Below, in pieces: positions 37,148 through 50,055 of a stretch of 64,000 bases of DNA (the first letter of the stretch is position 1; each line of letters begins with the position of its first letter). The notes beneath the pieces are model-generated. The model saw nothing but the letters and a program-made list of their open reading frames with translations. It was not told the DNA's origin and did not search any database. The translations under genes were made by a program, and so were the position numbers. The stretch lies in the NCBI RefSeq assembly GCF_006345805.1, contig NC_042999.1:126790001-126854000 (forward strand), in the 5' to 3' direction. The DNA comes from Octopus sinensis (taxonomy: Eukaryota).

Positions 37148-37611
37148 TATATCTAAACGCATATAAACATGCAGACACATATATATTCTTTTATCTCAAT
37201 AACTACTTGCATTGTGTGTGTATGCATTAGTGTGTGAGCCCGTGTATATGTGTGCATGGGTGTGTCTGTGTGTGTATGTGCACATGTGTATGTCTGTGTG
37301 TGCAGCAAAGTGCATGAGTAGGTGTGTGTGTGTGCATTGTTAAATTTATGTTGTTTTTATGTTTAAAGTGTAACGTGTATTTATGAGACTATGTCATTGC
37401 ATGAATATTTACATGCACATACATACATACACACACACACACAGGTACACACACACAGATATATACACATAAACATGCACACATACAAACACACACACAC
37501 AGTTGTATGAATGGTTGAATGAATGTATATCAAGTACATTAGAGTGTGTATGCTAATATTGTGAAAATGTGTGGGTGCGTATTTCTTGACTTTTTGTAGA
37601 TATTCATGTAT

Positions 37612-38748
37612 ATGAAGTGTATTCCAGAAGTTTAGAGACTTTTTTTAGGAGCATTTATAAATGTCATAAAAAAAATAAATAAATGCGCCCTTTTAAAGCC
37701 TATCCAGGCTCATGGGCCCGGATTCCCAGTTTCAATGGCATATGTGTTCTCCAGCTGGATGGGACGCCAGTCCATTGCAGTGTTACTAATTTTTGCCAGC
37801 TGAGTGGACTGGAGCAACGTGAAATGAAGTGTTTTGCTGAAGAACACAATGCGTCGCCTGGTCCAGGATTCGAAACCACAATCTTACAATAATGATGCTG
37901 ACACCCTAGCCACTAAGCCACATGCCTCCACTTAGAAAAGTCATAGATTATTGTAATTTTAGTATATTTCTATATATCTGATAAGCTGACCTGCCAACTT
38001 TGTTATTCCAGATTTAAGAAGCTGTAAAACACACTCAACTAAATACTGCTTGTCACAGCTGACTTGTTTGGAGAATGCAGCTGGGACATGAAGACAATTT
38101 GGAAGCTTACTATGCCTCCAATAAAGTTCAAGTTAAACTGGACAAAAATGCTACAGAAACTTAGGAAAAGCTCCAGACTGTCAATGGATCAACTTGTATG
38201 ACCTGAGCATCTGTTTTTCACTGGTACAAGAGGCCAAGTGAAGCAGGCTCGCTGGGAATCTCATGATGACCCATTTTTTGCAAAAGTAAATGCATCATCT
38301 ACATCCCCTGGGTTCCCTCTAGTTAGATGGTTGACAAAGGGTACTTTGTTGAGACTTTGAGGACAGTCAGGAAGAGATTTCATTGCAAAAGGCTAGAGTC
38401 CCTGCAACAGGACAATGCACCAGTCCCCAATTCCACCCTGTTAATTAACTGCTTGATAGAAATGGGCATCAAAACTGCCCCTCACTCTCCCTATAGCTCA
38501 GATGTTGCTCCCTGTAACTTGGTTGTTCTCCAAGCTGAAGGAGAAGGTGGAGATGGCTGTGTCAAGGAACCTGGACACCTTCAGTTAAAAGGACTTGCGT
38601 GAGGTCTTCATGAAGTGGCTTGTGTACTATAACAAGTGCTTTAAAGTTAGAGGATTCTACTTTGAAGGAGATTAGAATTTTTTAATTCTTTGAAATTAAT
38701 AAATGTCTCGCCTGAAAAAGTCTTAAAACTTCTGGAATGCCCCTTGTA
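37612..38748 (+). mobile_element. Decayed mariner interrupted by a SINE
   Basis: TIRs ATTCCAGAAGTTTAGAGACTTTT / AAAAGTCTTAAAACTTCTGGAAT; QQDNAP..HSPYSSDVAPC. Confidence 0.8.
37668..37931 (-). mobile_element. SINE family C nested in the mariner
   Basis: Minus-strand GGCTTAGTGG..GGTTTCGAATCC..TTCACGTTGCTCCAGTCCACTCAGCTGGC. Confidence 0.85.
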
Positions 38749-38759
38749 CTTTTTTTTTT

Positions 38760-39674
38760 ATCTTGTTTCAGTCAAGTGTGGACATGGTAGGGCACTGCCT
38801 TGAAAGAATTTTTTTAGTTGAATGAATCAACCTCAGTACTTAGTTTGTCTCATTTTCTTTAAGCCTGGTACTTACTTATTCTATCAGTCTCATTACTGAA
38901 CCACTAAGTTTGGAGACATAAACACACCAACACAAGTTGTCAAGCAGTGGTCAGGGACAAACACTGATACACCCCACCCCACACATGTGCACATGATGAG
39001 CTTCTTTCAGTTTCTGTCTACCAAATCCACAAGGCTTTGGTTGGCATGAGACTATAGCTGAAGATATTTGCTCAAGGTGCCATGCAGTAGGACTGAACCA
39101 GGAACCATATTTAATACACAACCAAAAGAGCTACTAATAGTTTCATGCTTTTATGATACTTTAACTAGGCATATTTATAAAATACGCCATGTATCTCAAG
39201 CATGTACTAGATTCATTCAAGAAGTTTTGAAACTTTTTCAGCTGATGTATACATGTATACACACATATACTCTTTTAGTCTTTTACTTGTTTCAGTCATT
39301 TGACTGTGGCTATGCTGGAGCACTGCCTTTAGTCGAGCAAATCGACCCCAGGACTTATTCTTTGTAAGCTTAGTACTTATTCTATTGGTCTCTTTTGCCG
39401 AAACACTAAGTTATGGGGACGTAAACACACCAGCATCGGTTGTCAAGCGATGTTGGGGGGACAAACACAGATACACAAACATATACACACACACACATAT
39501 ACATATATATATGATGGGCTTCTTTCAGTTTCTGTCTACCAAATCTACTCACAAGGCTTTAGTCGGCCCAAGGCTATAGTAGAAGACACTTGCCCAAGGG
39601 GCCACGCAGTGGGAATGAACCCGGAACCATGTAGTTCGTAAGCAAGCTACTTACCACACAGCCACTCCTGCGCC
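38760..39674 (-). mobile_element. Two SINE family B copies (38760-39110 decayed; 39271-39674 full length)
   Basis: Head GGCGCAGGAGTGGCTGTGTGGTAAG at 39674. Confidence 0.9.
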
Positions 39675-39679
39675 TAATG

Positions 39680-39684
39680 TATAC

Positions 39685-39736
<52 letters not shown>

Positions 39737-39916
39737 GTATATACATACACAAACACACACATATATATATGTATGCTTATGTATGTATATATATTTTCAA
39801 GTATGCTTTTGTTCAGGAGATTTTGAATAACTTCGCTTCAGTATTCATGTACTTCTGTATATGTGTCAGTATTTCTATCTTTGTATGCAAACTTGTATGT
39901 GTGTGTACATGTATAC

Positions 39917-39963
<47 letters not shown>

Positions 39964-40780
39964 TGTATGCATGTGTGTGCATCTGTGTACATGTGTGTTT
40001 GTGTGTGTGTGTGTTGTGTGTGTCTGTGTGTGTGCACGTGTGACTGTATGTGTGAAGATGTGTCTGCATTTCAAAGTGTATCCTTAAGTGTTTACATGCA
40101 CATGTGCTTATATGAGTATGTGTATAAATATGTAAGTGGGCGAGTATGTGTGTGTTATACAAAGCCATGCATACAAAAAATAAATTAAATTTGTTGGTGT
40201 TAAGGGATATTAAAAAAGTGAAAACAAATTAGTAAGTTGCAATAATGTTAATGTTGAAAAGCTTGTTGGTGGCCTAACACATAAATGCACCTATACACAC
40301 ACAAACACACACAAAGTTACATCCATACTTGCGCACACACACACACATACACACATACACACACACATACACACACACACATGCACTTTCATGCATGTAT
40401 AGTTACACTCAGATACATACACTCATACATGCACACATACACACTCACACACACACACACACACACATACACATTCACATTTATACTCACATACTCATAC
40501 CTGCATATATACATATACACACATGCACACTCAAACCCACATTCCTACTCACGTACTGATACATACACACCTATACTGACATGGGTACACAAATTCATGC
40601 ACACACATGCATACTCACAGACACTCAAATTCACATTCATACTCATACATACACACACATACACACACAGATGCATACCCACAGACATAGACACAAAAGC
40701 ACATTCATACACACATACTCATACACACGCACACAAAAATGTACAAATTCACACACACACATTCGTATACCACATACACG
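39680..40780. repeat. Low-complexity (TA)n, (TG)n and (CA)n tracts
   Basis: Directly visible. Confidence 0.9.
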
Positions 40781-40939
40781 CTTTGGCAGTGAAAAACCAT
40801 AAACACCATTTTAACACATGCAGATCTCATCATGGAAAACTGCATTAATCTTATGTGTTAAGGTTTTAAACAATCACTATTGGAATGCATCATATTGCAA
40901 GAAGTGAAGCATTTACTTTTAATTCATAAGACCGACATA

Positions 40940-41150
40940 GGGCGGCAAGTTCAGAGAAATGGTAGAGTACCTTAACAGATGCTTTGACGTGTTTCATTTC
41001 ATCTTGATCTGCGTTCTGTGTCCCAAATCTCCCCTGGATCGATTTTGCACTTTGTTCCTCTGGGGGTCGATAAAATAAGTACCAATAATATGTGTGATTC
41101 AGTGCAGTTGACTGGTAAATCAACTGCTACCCAGAATGTCTGGTGATTAA
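40940..41150 (+). mobile_element. SINE family A-related, decayed
   Basis: GGGGGTCGATAAAATAAGTACC core. Confidence 0.6.
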
Positions 41151-41539
41151 ATCAAAAGACAGCTGTTGTAAGACAAATGGTAGTAACTTCTTTTCTTTAT
41201 ATAATTAGTCTTTCTTTCATTTTTTTTTTGTTTTGGAAATTTTACTGTAATATTTTTTATTGTATAGCATGTCATATTGTATTATATCCAACCATATAAA
41301 ATGATACTGTATTGTTCCACATCATTCTATATATAAGTTACACTAAGATTATATGCTACTCAAACAAGGGTACCCAAAACAATAAGAAAGCGAGCAAATG
41401 AGAAAAGCCTGTATGTGTTCACTCAACCTGCTAGATGTAGCAGCCAAATATTTCTCAAATTACACTTTATTGTCTTAAAAATAGGAAGAACACATTTGAT
41501 TATGTTGTCCTAGATAAGCAATGCCTGGAAATAATAAGA

Positions 41540-41621
<82 letters not shown>

Positions 41622-41807
41622 TACAAAGAATATGGAGACTGGTACATCTTCAAATTTTTCTTTTAATTTAACACTTAGTCATACAGCATAATTAGTAAGT
41701 TAATATAACTGACTCATATTTCTGCTGTACTGAGGGTCGTTCTGTAAGTGTGGTTTGCTTGTAGAAAGTGTATTAGCACCTATTAAACAGCATTGCTGAG
41801 CGCCCAT

Positions 41808-41867
<60 letters not shown>

Positions 41868-42098
41868 CTAAATATATGTTTATATATATACATGAGAAGT
41901 ATTGGTGTCCAGAAGACCCAAGGTGGCAGGTAAGGTTATGTAAGTGCTATGGAAGAACAGTAGTTAAACTCTCAGTTTGATAATAATACGAGTGAGGAGT
42001 CTAATGCGGATCTTGTATGAGCATGTATATGTTAAATAAAATGAGACAACAAAGCCAAGGTTGTGTGGAATTTTCAGGACATTTATGAAGTGAAAGTT

Positions 42099-42148
42099 AG
42101 TCTTACAGCTGTTTCTGGGATATTAGCGGTATACCTTCATCAGAGATG
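42099..42148 (-). ncRNA. Minimal type I hammerhead, partly decayed stems
   Basis: UCU-CUGAUGA-AGGUAUA..UAUCCCA-GAAAC-AGCU-GUA-AGA. Confidence 0.6.
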
Positions 42149-42875
42149 ATATAAAATTGTTAAATTGAGGGGAAATAGTTGAGTTTGATATAAGGAGTTA
42201 ATTTGAAAAAAGATGGATATAGGAAGTATAAAGGGAAATAAGAGAATAGAAATAAAAATAAAAATATATGCAGGATGTTATAGTTGCAGTTCCATTACCC
42301 AAGGAAAGTAGTGTGTAGGAGTGGTAGAAATGCTTCTTGTCCATGGTATGTAAATTCCAACAGGAGTTCATATTTTGCCATTACAAATGGAAAGTGTGGA
42401 GATGTAGATTCCATGTGCTATTCATTCAAAGGGGTCTTGTGGTGTGAATGAAATTTTGAGAATGTAGTAGTAGTATTAAGTAGATAGAGAGGAAAGAAAA
42501 GAGAAAAGATGTGTATGTTAAAATGAAGAGAAAGGTCAAAAGGAATAGGTGAGGAAAGAAGAAAGAAATCCTTTTTTAATATATTAGACTCCAACTTCTC
42601 TCATTAACATGAATAGTACTCTATCTTTAATAGATCTACTTTAAAGCAATCCTACTCTTCCCCACCTGACTCTGAGTCTAACGTAACAGCCTCCAATAGA
42701 TGAAAACTGTCTCTATTATCAAAATATACACTGAAACAACTCTGAATACATGAACACCTAACACATATTTAGCTCCAACAGTGAACCCAATACTTTAGGC
42801 CATAACAAAAACCCAACCAATCCTACTAACACTAACCAGAATACTAGTACCCTGACCTCCACCACAAATACAAAT

Positions 42876-43400
42876 ATGATAAATAATAACAACGATAGAA
42901 ATAATAATAATAGTAGCAATGTTAATAACCTAGACCAATCCACCCCCATCTCTAACCTCTCTTCAAACAGTATTACTTCCTCCATTCCTAAGAATAATCC
43001 CCACAATGTACTACCATGTAACTGCTACCCTGGGATCACTTGCCCTCTACAAACCTGTTGCAGGAGATCTAATGTAATTTACAAATGCACCATCCTCAAC
43101 ACGCTACACAATTCTACAACTATATATATAAACTTTAAACAGAGATATGCTGCACATCTCAATTCTTTTAGATATGATAAACACAGTAAATCCACAACTC
43201 TCACCAGTCACATACATCTTCTTAAAAATAGCTTTTGATAAGTTAAAAGAAAAAAAAAATATTTTTGGCAAACATTGACCCAAACTTGCCAACTTGCCAA
43301 TTTAAGAGAATCCCTATTCCAATAACTTGAACCTGTCTGGCCTAATGTGCCAAAATTGTTCTTTCTTTAATAAAACTGTTATCAAAATGTCACATGTATA
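42876..43400 (+). pseudogene. Penelope-like GIY-YIG fragment
   Basis: CNCYPGITCPLQTCCRRSNVIYKCTI..FKQRYAAHLNSFRY..STTLTSHI. Confidence 0.75.
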
Positions 43401-43699
43401 TCAATTTTAGATAAATGCTTATAGATAAAATTTTTTATAACATTATATTGCAGGAAGATTTTTTTCTCTTTTATTTCAAAATTCAAGTATCACCGAAATA
43501 CCTGGAACATGTCACTGCTGGCACATGTGTCCCCATCAGTGACCAACACCATCATCATTACCATCACCCCAACATCACCATCATCTTATCACCATCATCA
43601 TTATATATATATATACATATATATCTGTATATATATATATATATAAGTAAATAGACACTCCATAAAACATTGTTTTATGTTTCAGTTGACTGTTTAATC

Positions 43700-44650
43700 A
43701 TGTCGTGTACAAAAGAAGCCTTGGAACTGTCCAAATTTCAAAGAGGCTGTATTGTGTGTCATTCTGAAGGTGGACATAGTGTAAAAATCACAGAAATCAT
43801 TGGGATCCCACTTTCTACAGTTGTTAGGGTGATTGTGCAATTCACAAGAAAAGGGAAGGAGTCCACATAACCTTACCCTGGCCAACCAGGGCCCTCTGAC
43901 AAGACCCTTTGCTTTGTTAAGTGAAGTGTGGAGGATAATCCTCATTGTAAGGCCTCTGACATAGCAGAACAAGTTGATGTCAGTCCCAGAATAGCTGTTA
44001 GGTATCTCCACAAACTTGGCTACTATGGCAGAGCAGCAAGAAAGAAGTCACTTTTTCAACCAGCCAATATCAAGTGGAGAAAAGGTTGGGCCAGTGAGAT
44101 GATGGAGTGGTTACTAGCATTTTAGAACACTATCATATTTCCTGATGAGTCCAGATTTTCTGTATTTTCTGACAGTGATCGAGTGTGGGTCTGGAGACTG
44201 ATCAAGAATTTCACATGTAAAGATTGTTGCTAACAATGAAACAAAGCAGCTATTCTGTGATGGTCTGGGAAGCAATTTAGAGCAATTGTCAATCAAAGCT
44301 GGTGGAGTGTGATGGAAACATAAACTCAGATAAATATGTGTCCATATTGCAGACAGGATTCCTTCCGATCTTCTCCAATGGTGAAATGATTAAAGAAGAC
44401 CATTTTTGGAAGATGGGGCTCCTTGTCACATGGCTAAAAAGACCCAGGATTGGTTGGAAAAAAATGGCATTAAAAAACTTCCATGATAAAGCCAGTCACC
44501 AGATGTGAACTCTATTGAACACCCCTGGGGCATAATGGACAGGACACTTCATAAAAAGAACAAGAAAGCTTCCTCAAAGCCAGATTTTTTGAGATTACTG
44601 CATGAAACTTGGCAAGAAATTCCCTAAGAAAATATTTGTCATCTGATCAG
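43700..44650 (+). pseudogene. Tc1 transposase pseudogene
   Basis: [14 protein letters not shown]; RAARKK; FPDESRF; VMVW; EDGAPCH; SPDVNSIEHPWG. Confidence 0.9.
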
Positions 44651-45322
44651 AGAAGAAAACAAAAGACTAAATTTTAATTTTAAAATGCTGATTTTTGTGA
44701 CTAAAAATTCTTCAAGGTGTTGCCCCAGCATGGCCACAGTCCAATGACTGAAGCAAGTATTAAAAAAAAGCTGGGGGTCGATACATTTGACTGAAAATTC
44801 CTCAAGGCGGTGCCCCAGCATGGTCATAGTCCAATGACTGAAACAAGTAAAAAGATTTTTAGAAAGTAAAAGAAAAAAAACGAAAAAGAGCAAAAAAATA
44901 TAACTGTGGGGGTTTTGTTTGCTTTTGCACTTTAACTAAGGTTTTTTTTCCCAAGGGCTTTTGCCTTAGTGGGGATTTGTCTTAGGGAGTTTTTGTCCGG
45001 ATCCCTACACACACACACACACACACACATGGTGGTTGTCTACATCTTTGACAGAGCTTGACCACCTCTTGTACTTACACCTTAGATCATGGTGTTTGAT
45101 GTGGCTTTTTCAACCAGACAATGTTTTGAAAAGACACCCACATAAATTGCATACCTGCTTTGGACCACCAAGAGCTGCAGATAAGTTCTGATCTTTGTGG
45201 ATCTTAAAATATCTTTTGAAGCCTCTGTTAGATTTGCAGACCTTATGGTATACACGGCATTGACAGGTATGCATCCATCCATACATACATACATACATAC
45301 TCACACACACATACACACATAT

Positions 45323-45364
<42 letters not shown>

Positions 45365-45783
45365 ACACACACACACACACAATTATACGTACATATATAC
45401 ATGCATACATACACAATGGACTTTTTTTAGTTTCTGTCAACCAAATCCACATATATGGCTTTGGTTGACCCATAGCTTTAGTAGAAGATGTTTGCCTAAT
45501 GTACCATGTCACACAGTGGAACTGAACCCATGACCAAAAGCTTGAGATGCAACACACAGCTACATCTGCATCTATTAACTACACAGACATGCCACAGATA
45601 CAAAAACAAAAGCAAACTTTCTTTTTGGATATACATATAATTGATAGTATGATAACTAAAATTCATGTTGACCACAACTTTGCATTTGCATGGCAGTTGA
45701 ATAAAACTTGAAGTCACAATGTTCATGAATTTTGTAAATATTCTATTCTCCTCTTAAACTTACTTTAACTCTTTTACATGTCT

Positions 45784-46379
45784 GGTAAGTTCACCGTCAT
45801 CAATCCACTGCAGAGAAAGTTCACCGTCTTCAGTTCACCGCAGGAAATGTTCACTGTTATCAATTCACTGCAGGGGAAGTTCACCATCATCAATTAATGA
45901 TTTTTTTTGCAATAAAATAGTTTTTAACTATTAATGGCGAGATGATATGGATATCATAAGGGACGTTAGCCATCCGAATGTGGCTAGGGACAGGGCAGGG
46001 CGGTGGGGGTGTTACTGATGCATTTAGCCCCAAGCGATCATCAACGTCACCAGGAGGGCTGACGCCATCACGGCATCCTCTAGCCTGCAAAGGGAGATCA
46101 TTCCCCAAAGAAGCGGATGCCACATACGGACCCAGGTTTCAAGGTGTTTGCCTATTATCAACGTATGGCAGGCACCGCCCCTCGACGAACGACTCTCTGT
46201 GCAGGCTATCTATATAAAGATTTTCACAGTAAATATATTTACTGATGTAGAAAATCTGTTCGACAGCAATAATAATTCTCTAATATTTTCTTGGTAAACT
46301 TACCTTACGGTGAACTTTCTTCATGGTGAATTGATGGTGGTGAACTCTCCTGAGATGAATTGATGATGGTGAACTTACC
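45784..46379. mobile_element. MITE with 21-bp TIRs and tandem TTCACC subrepeats, enclosing a GC-rich insert
   Basis: GGTAAGTTCACCGTCATCAAT / ATTGATGATGGTGAACTTACC (20 of 21 match). Confidence 0.75.
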
Positions 46380-46974
46380 TGTAATCAAATCTTTAGCATT
46401 TAAGCCAGTCATATCAGGCCCAAATATTCTGTTGTTACCCATGTATGTATGTATGTATGTATGTATGCATGCGTGCATGTGCATGCATGTGTCTTTGTGT
46501 CTTTGTTTATCCCCCATTACTACTTAACAACTGGTAAAAGATAAAAGATAAAAGAAATATTTCAAATATCTAAGAAATTAACTTAATATATGATTATATC
46601 TTCTGTTAATTAAACGTTCTCTGAAGTTGTCAACCTTACTACAACCAGGTATGATTGCTGACAACCCACTGGAAACCAATAGATTAGTTTCCTTGATAGT
46701 TTCAGAAATTTAATCTACTCAAGCAAGAGAGGAAAGCATCAGATAGATTGCTTTTTTTAGGTTGTCATTGTTGTTGTTGTTGTCACCATTGTCATCATTG
46801 TCAGTGTCATCATCATCAGTGTTTTAATGTCCACTTTTTCCCTTGCTTGCATGGGTCAGATGGAGTTTGCCTGAGGTGGATTTTCTATAGCTGGATGCCC
46901 TTGTCGTTGTTAATCCTTACCTGTTTCTAAATGGCCATTGTAGCTCAGGCTTCTACTGCTAGAAGCCACTTGTT

Positions 46975-47795
46975 GTGACCCTCAGACATCATTTTACTGA
47001 CCAGTGACATCGTATGAAGTCATACTGCCATGTGATGCGTCTTTGTTTTGCAGTGCTTCTCCCCTGTCATCCATTTTTGTGATGACTGAAATAAAGGAAC
47101 AGCATGCTTCTGTGAAATTCTGTTTTCTACTGGGGAAAACAGTAGCCAAAACGGTTGTCATGTTTCAAACAGCTTACAAGGACGCTGGCATGAGCAAAAC
47201 ACAAATTTACGAGTGGTTTCCATGCTTTATGAATAGTCAGTTATCAATTGACAACCAGCCTTGTTCAGGATGACCGTCGACCTCCCAAACGAATGAAAAC
47301 ATCATGAAAATTCCTGACCTGATCTTGGAGGACCATCACCAAACAATTGATGAACTTGTTGATGTGACTGGTGTGTCCTGGAGCTCCTGCCAATGAATTT
47401 TGAGTGAGGAATTGTGAATGCAAAGAGTTGCAGCAAAATTTATGCCTCTCTTGCTCACGGTAGATCAAAAGCTGTCACAACTGAATGTGTGTCATGAACT
47501 GAAAGAATGGTTGGAAATTGATCCAGATCTCTTTTCAGAGGTCATCACTGGTGATGAAAGCTGGTGCTACAGAATTTGCAAATGTGGAAGAGGTGAAGAA
47601 AAGGCAATGGAGGCATTAAAAGGCATCACTTTGTAAGAGTTCCAGCACTGCTTTGAATAGTGGAAAATGCACCTGGACCAAATGCATTGCCTCAAATGGA
47701 AAATACTTTGAAAGCAATAAAAGAGTAAATATGTAAAACTAAGTGAATAAAATAATATTGCAAAATTCTGGTTTCTTTTGGGTACACCACTCCAT
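46975..47795 (+). mobile_element. Internally deleted mariner
   Basis: MTEIKEQHASVKFCFLLGKT..QIYEWF; AKFMP; ITGDESW; C-terminal DQMHCL region. Confidence 0.85.
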
Positions 47796-49193
47796 ACATA
47801 CATACATACATACATACATACATACATACATACATACATAAATATGTGACAGGTTTAATTCAATTTCTGTTAACCAAATCCACTTACAAGGCTTTTTTTT
47901 TTTGTCAAGACAGGACTATAGTAAAAGACACTTGCCAAAGCTGTCACACAGTGGGATTGAACCTGAAGCCATGTGGTTGGGAATAAAACTTCTCAACTAC
48001 ACATCCATGCTTGCACTTTCTTTTAGCATTATGTTTTCTGGTTCTCAAGTTGTTAACTGATTTTAGATACAGTAACAGATTTGATTTAGTTAAAACAAGC
48101 AGAGATAAAATAGAGAATTCTTAAATATCTTCAACTGTAGTCCGTGTGTTGAAGAATATGGAATCTATTTTATCCTTGTCTTTGAGTAACTATCAAAAAA
48201 ATAATCCTTGAAATATATTTTATTTTATAAGATAATGACATTTGGCAGTAGAGCATAAAAAGAAATACTCTGGTAAAAATTATAATAATCCATACTTTCT
48301 CCATGGTTCTTCATTTTAATCTTTTTATTATGTTCTGTATTGTTTTATTTCCTTCTTTCCAGTTTTATGATCATTATTTTTTTCTAGTTCTTTCCCCACT
48401 TAATTTTTTTCTTATATTTTTTATTTTCTTTTATTCTTTCTTTTGCCATGTCTAACATTTTCCATTACCTGCTTTGTAATACCATATTTTATCCTTTCCT
48501 TTTATTTATTTTTCTCTTTCTCAATCTTTATCTTACTCATTCTCTGTCTCTCTGTCTTTCTATCTGTCTCTGTCTGTCTGTCTTTCTCTCTCTCTCTCTC
48601 TCTCCTCTCCTCCTCTCTCCCTCCTTCTCACAGACACATACAATCTCTGATTATTCTTCCCTGTTACACAATGATTACTAAAATGCATTTCAGCTCTTCA
48701 ACCATCATTTCATTTTTCCACCCTGAATAGATTATCAAAGCAACTTCCTTTAAAAATAATCATTTATTTATACCATCTCTTTTTCCCTCCTTTTCTCGTT
48801 CACTTTCCTTTCTTTATATTTCTTTTCTCGTCATCCATTTCATTTCACCTCATTCCTTTCATCTAATCTTTTGGCTTCTACATTACATATGAGATAATCT
48901 ACAGATATTTTTTCTCTCTTTCTTGATTCTCCGTTTTCTCCGTTGTGTTTCTCACAACTTCTACATATTGGCACCTGCCTGAGTAACAAATTAGAATACC
49001 TTCAACTTATACTACGGTTATTATTAGTACATCAGGTTTAATTTTATTACATATTAATCTGATACACCTGTCGTCATTCTATTCAATTTCCTCTTTTATT
49101 CAGAACCTGTAGAAGATTGTTTTCTTTCTGTTCTGCTTTTTAAGTGCAATTTAATTTTTATTGGGAAGTCTTTTGTCTTTATACGTCTATATA

Positions 49194-49594
49194 CTCTTTA
49201 CTCTTTTACTCTTTTATTTGTTTCAGTCATTTGACTGCGGCCATGCTGGAGCACCGTCTTTAGTCGAGCAAATCGACCCCAGGACTTATTCTTTGTAAGC
49301 CTAGTACTTATTCTATCGGTCTCTTTTGCCGAACAGCTAAGTTACGGGGACATGAACACACCAGCATCGGTTGTCAAGCGATGTTGGGGGACAAACACAG
49401 ACACACAAACACACATATATATACATATACACGACAGGTTTCTTTCAGTTTCCGTCTACCAAATCCACTCACAAGGCTTTGGTCGGCCCGAGGCTATAGT
49501 AGAAGACACTTGCCCAAGGTGCCATGCAGTGGGACTGAACCCAGAACCATGTGGTTAGTAAGCAAGCTACTTACCACACAGCCACTCCTGCGCC
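49194..49594 (-). mobile_element. SINE family B, full length and young
   Basis: GGCGCAGGAGTGGCTGTGTGG..GGTTCAGTCCC..CCTTGGGCAAGTGTCTTC..internal (TG)n..GTAAAAGA tail; CpGs retained. Confidence 0.92.
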
Positions 49595-50055
49595 TATATA
49601 TATTTATATATACAAATACACAGACACACACATACATACATAAAACACACATACATACATAAAACACACATACATACATACATACATACATACATACATA
49701 AATACATACATACATACATATATGTGTACATATGTATATATGTATGCATATGTGCATGCACATACATATGCACAACATACATAGAATAGACCCATAACAC
49801 ACACACATGTGCACATACACATGTGCATGCACACACATGTACATACACATACATACACATGCACACACATGCACACACACACACACACACACATACACAC
49901 ACACTTTCATTTGCTCTTTTACTGGTATTTAATCGGGCTGTAGCAATACTCAAAGAATCACATTCTAAAGTATAGCCTATTATATTGACTCCTGTACTTA
50001 TTTTGCGTTCCATGGAAGCACAAATAGTAAAGAGCACTGAATCTCCCATCCACTC

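Noticed and set aside
41705-41800. Hammerhead-like 3' half (UGCUGU..ACAGCA-GAAAU-AUGA-GUC) on the minus strand
   Set aside because: CUGANGA is unrecognisable and stem I is absent
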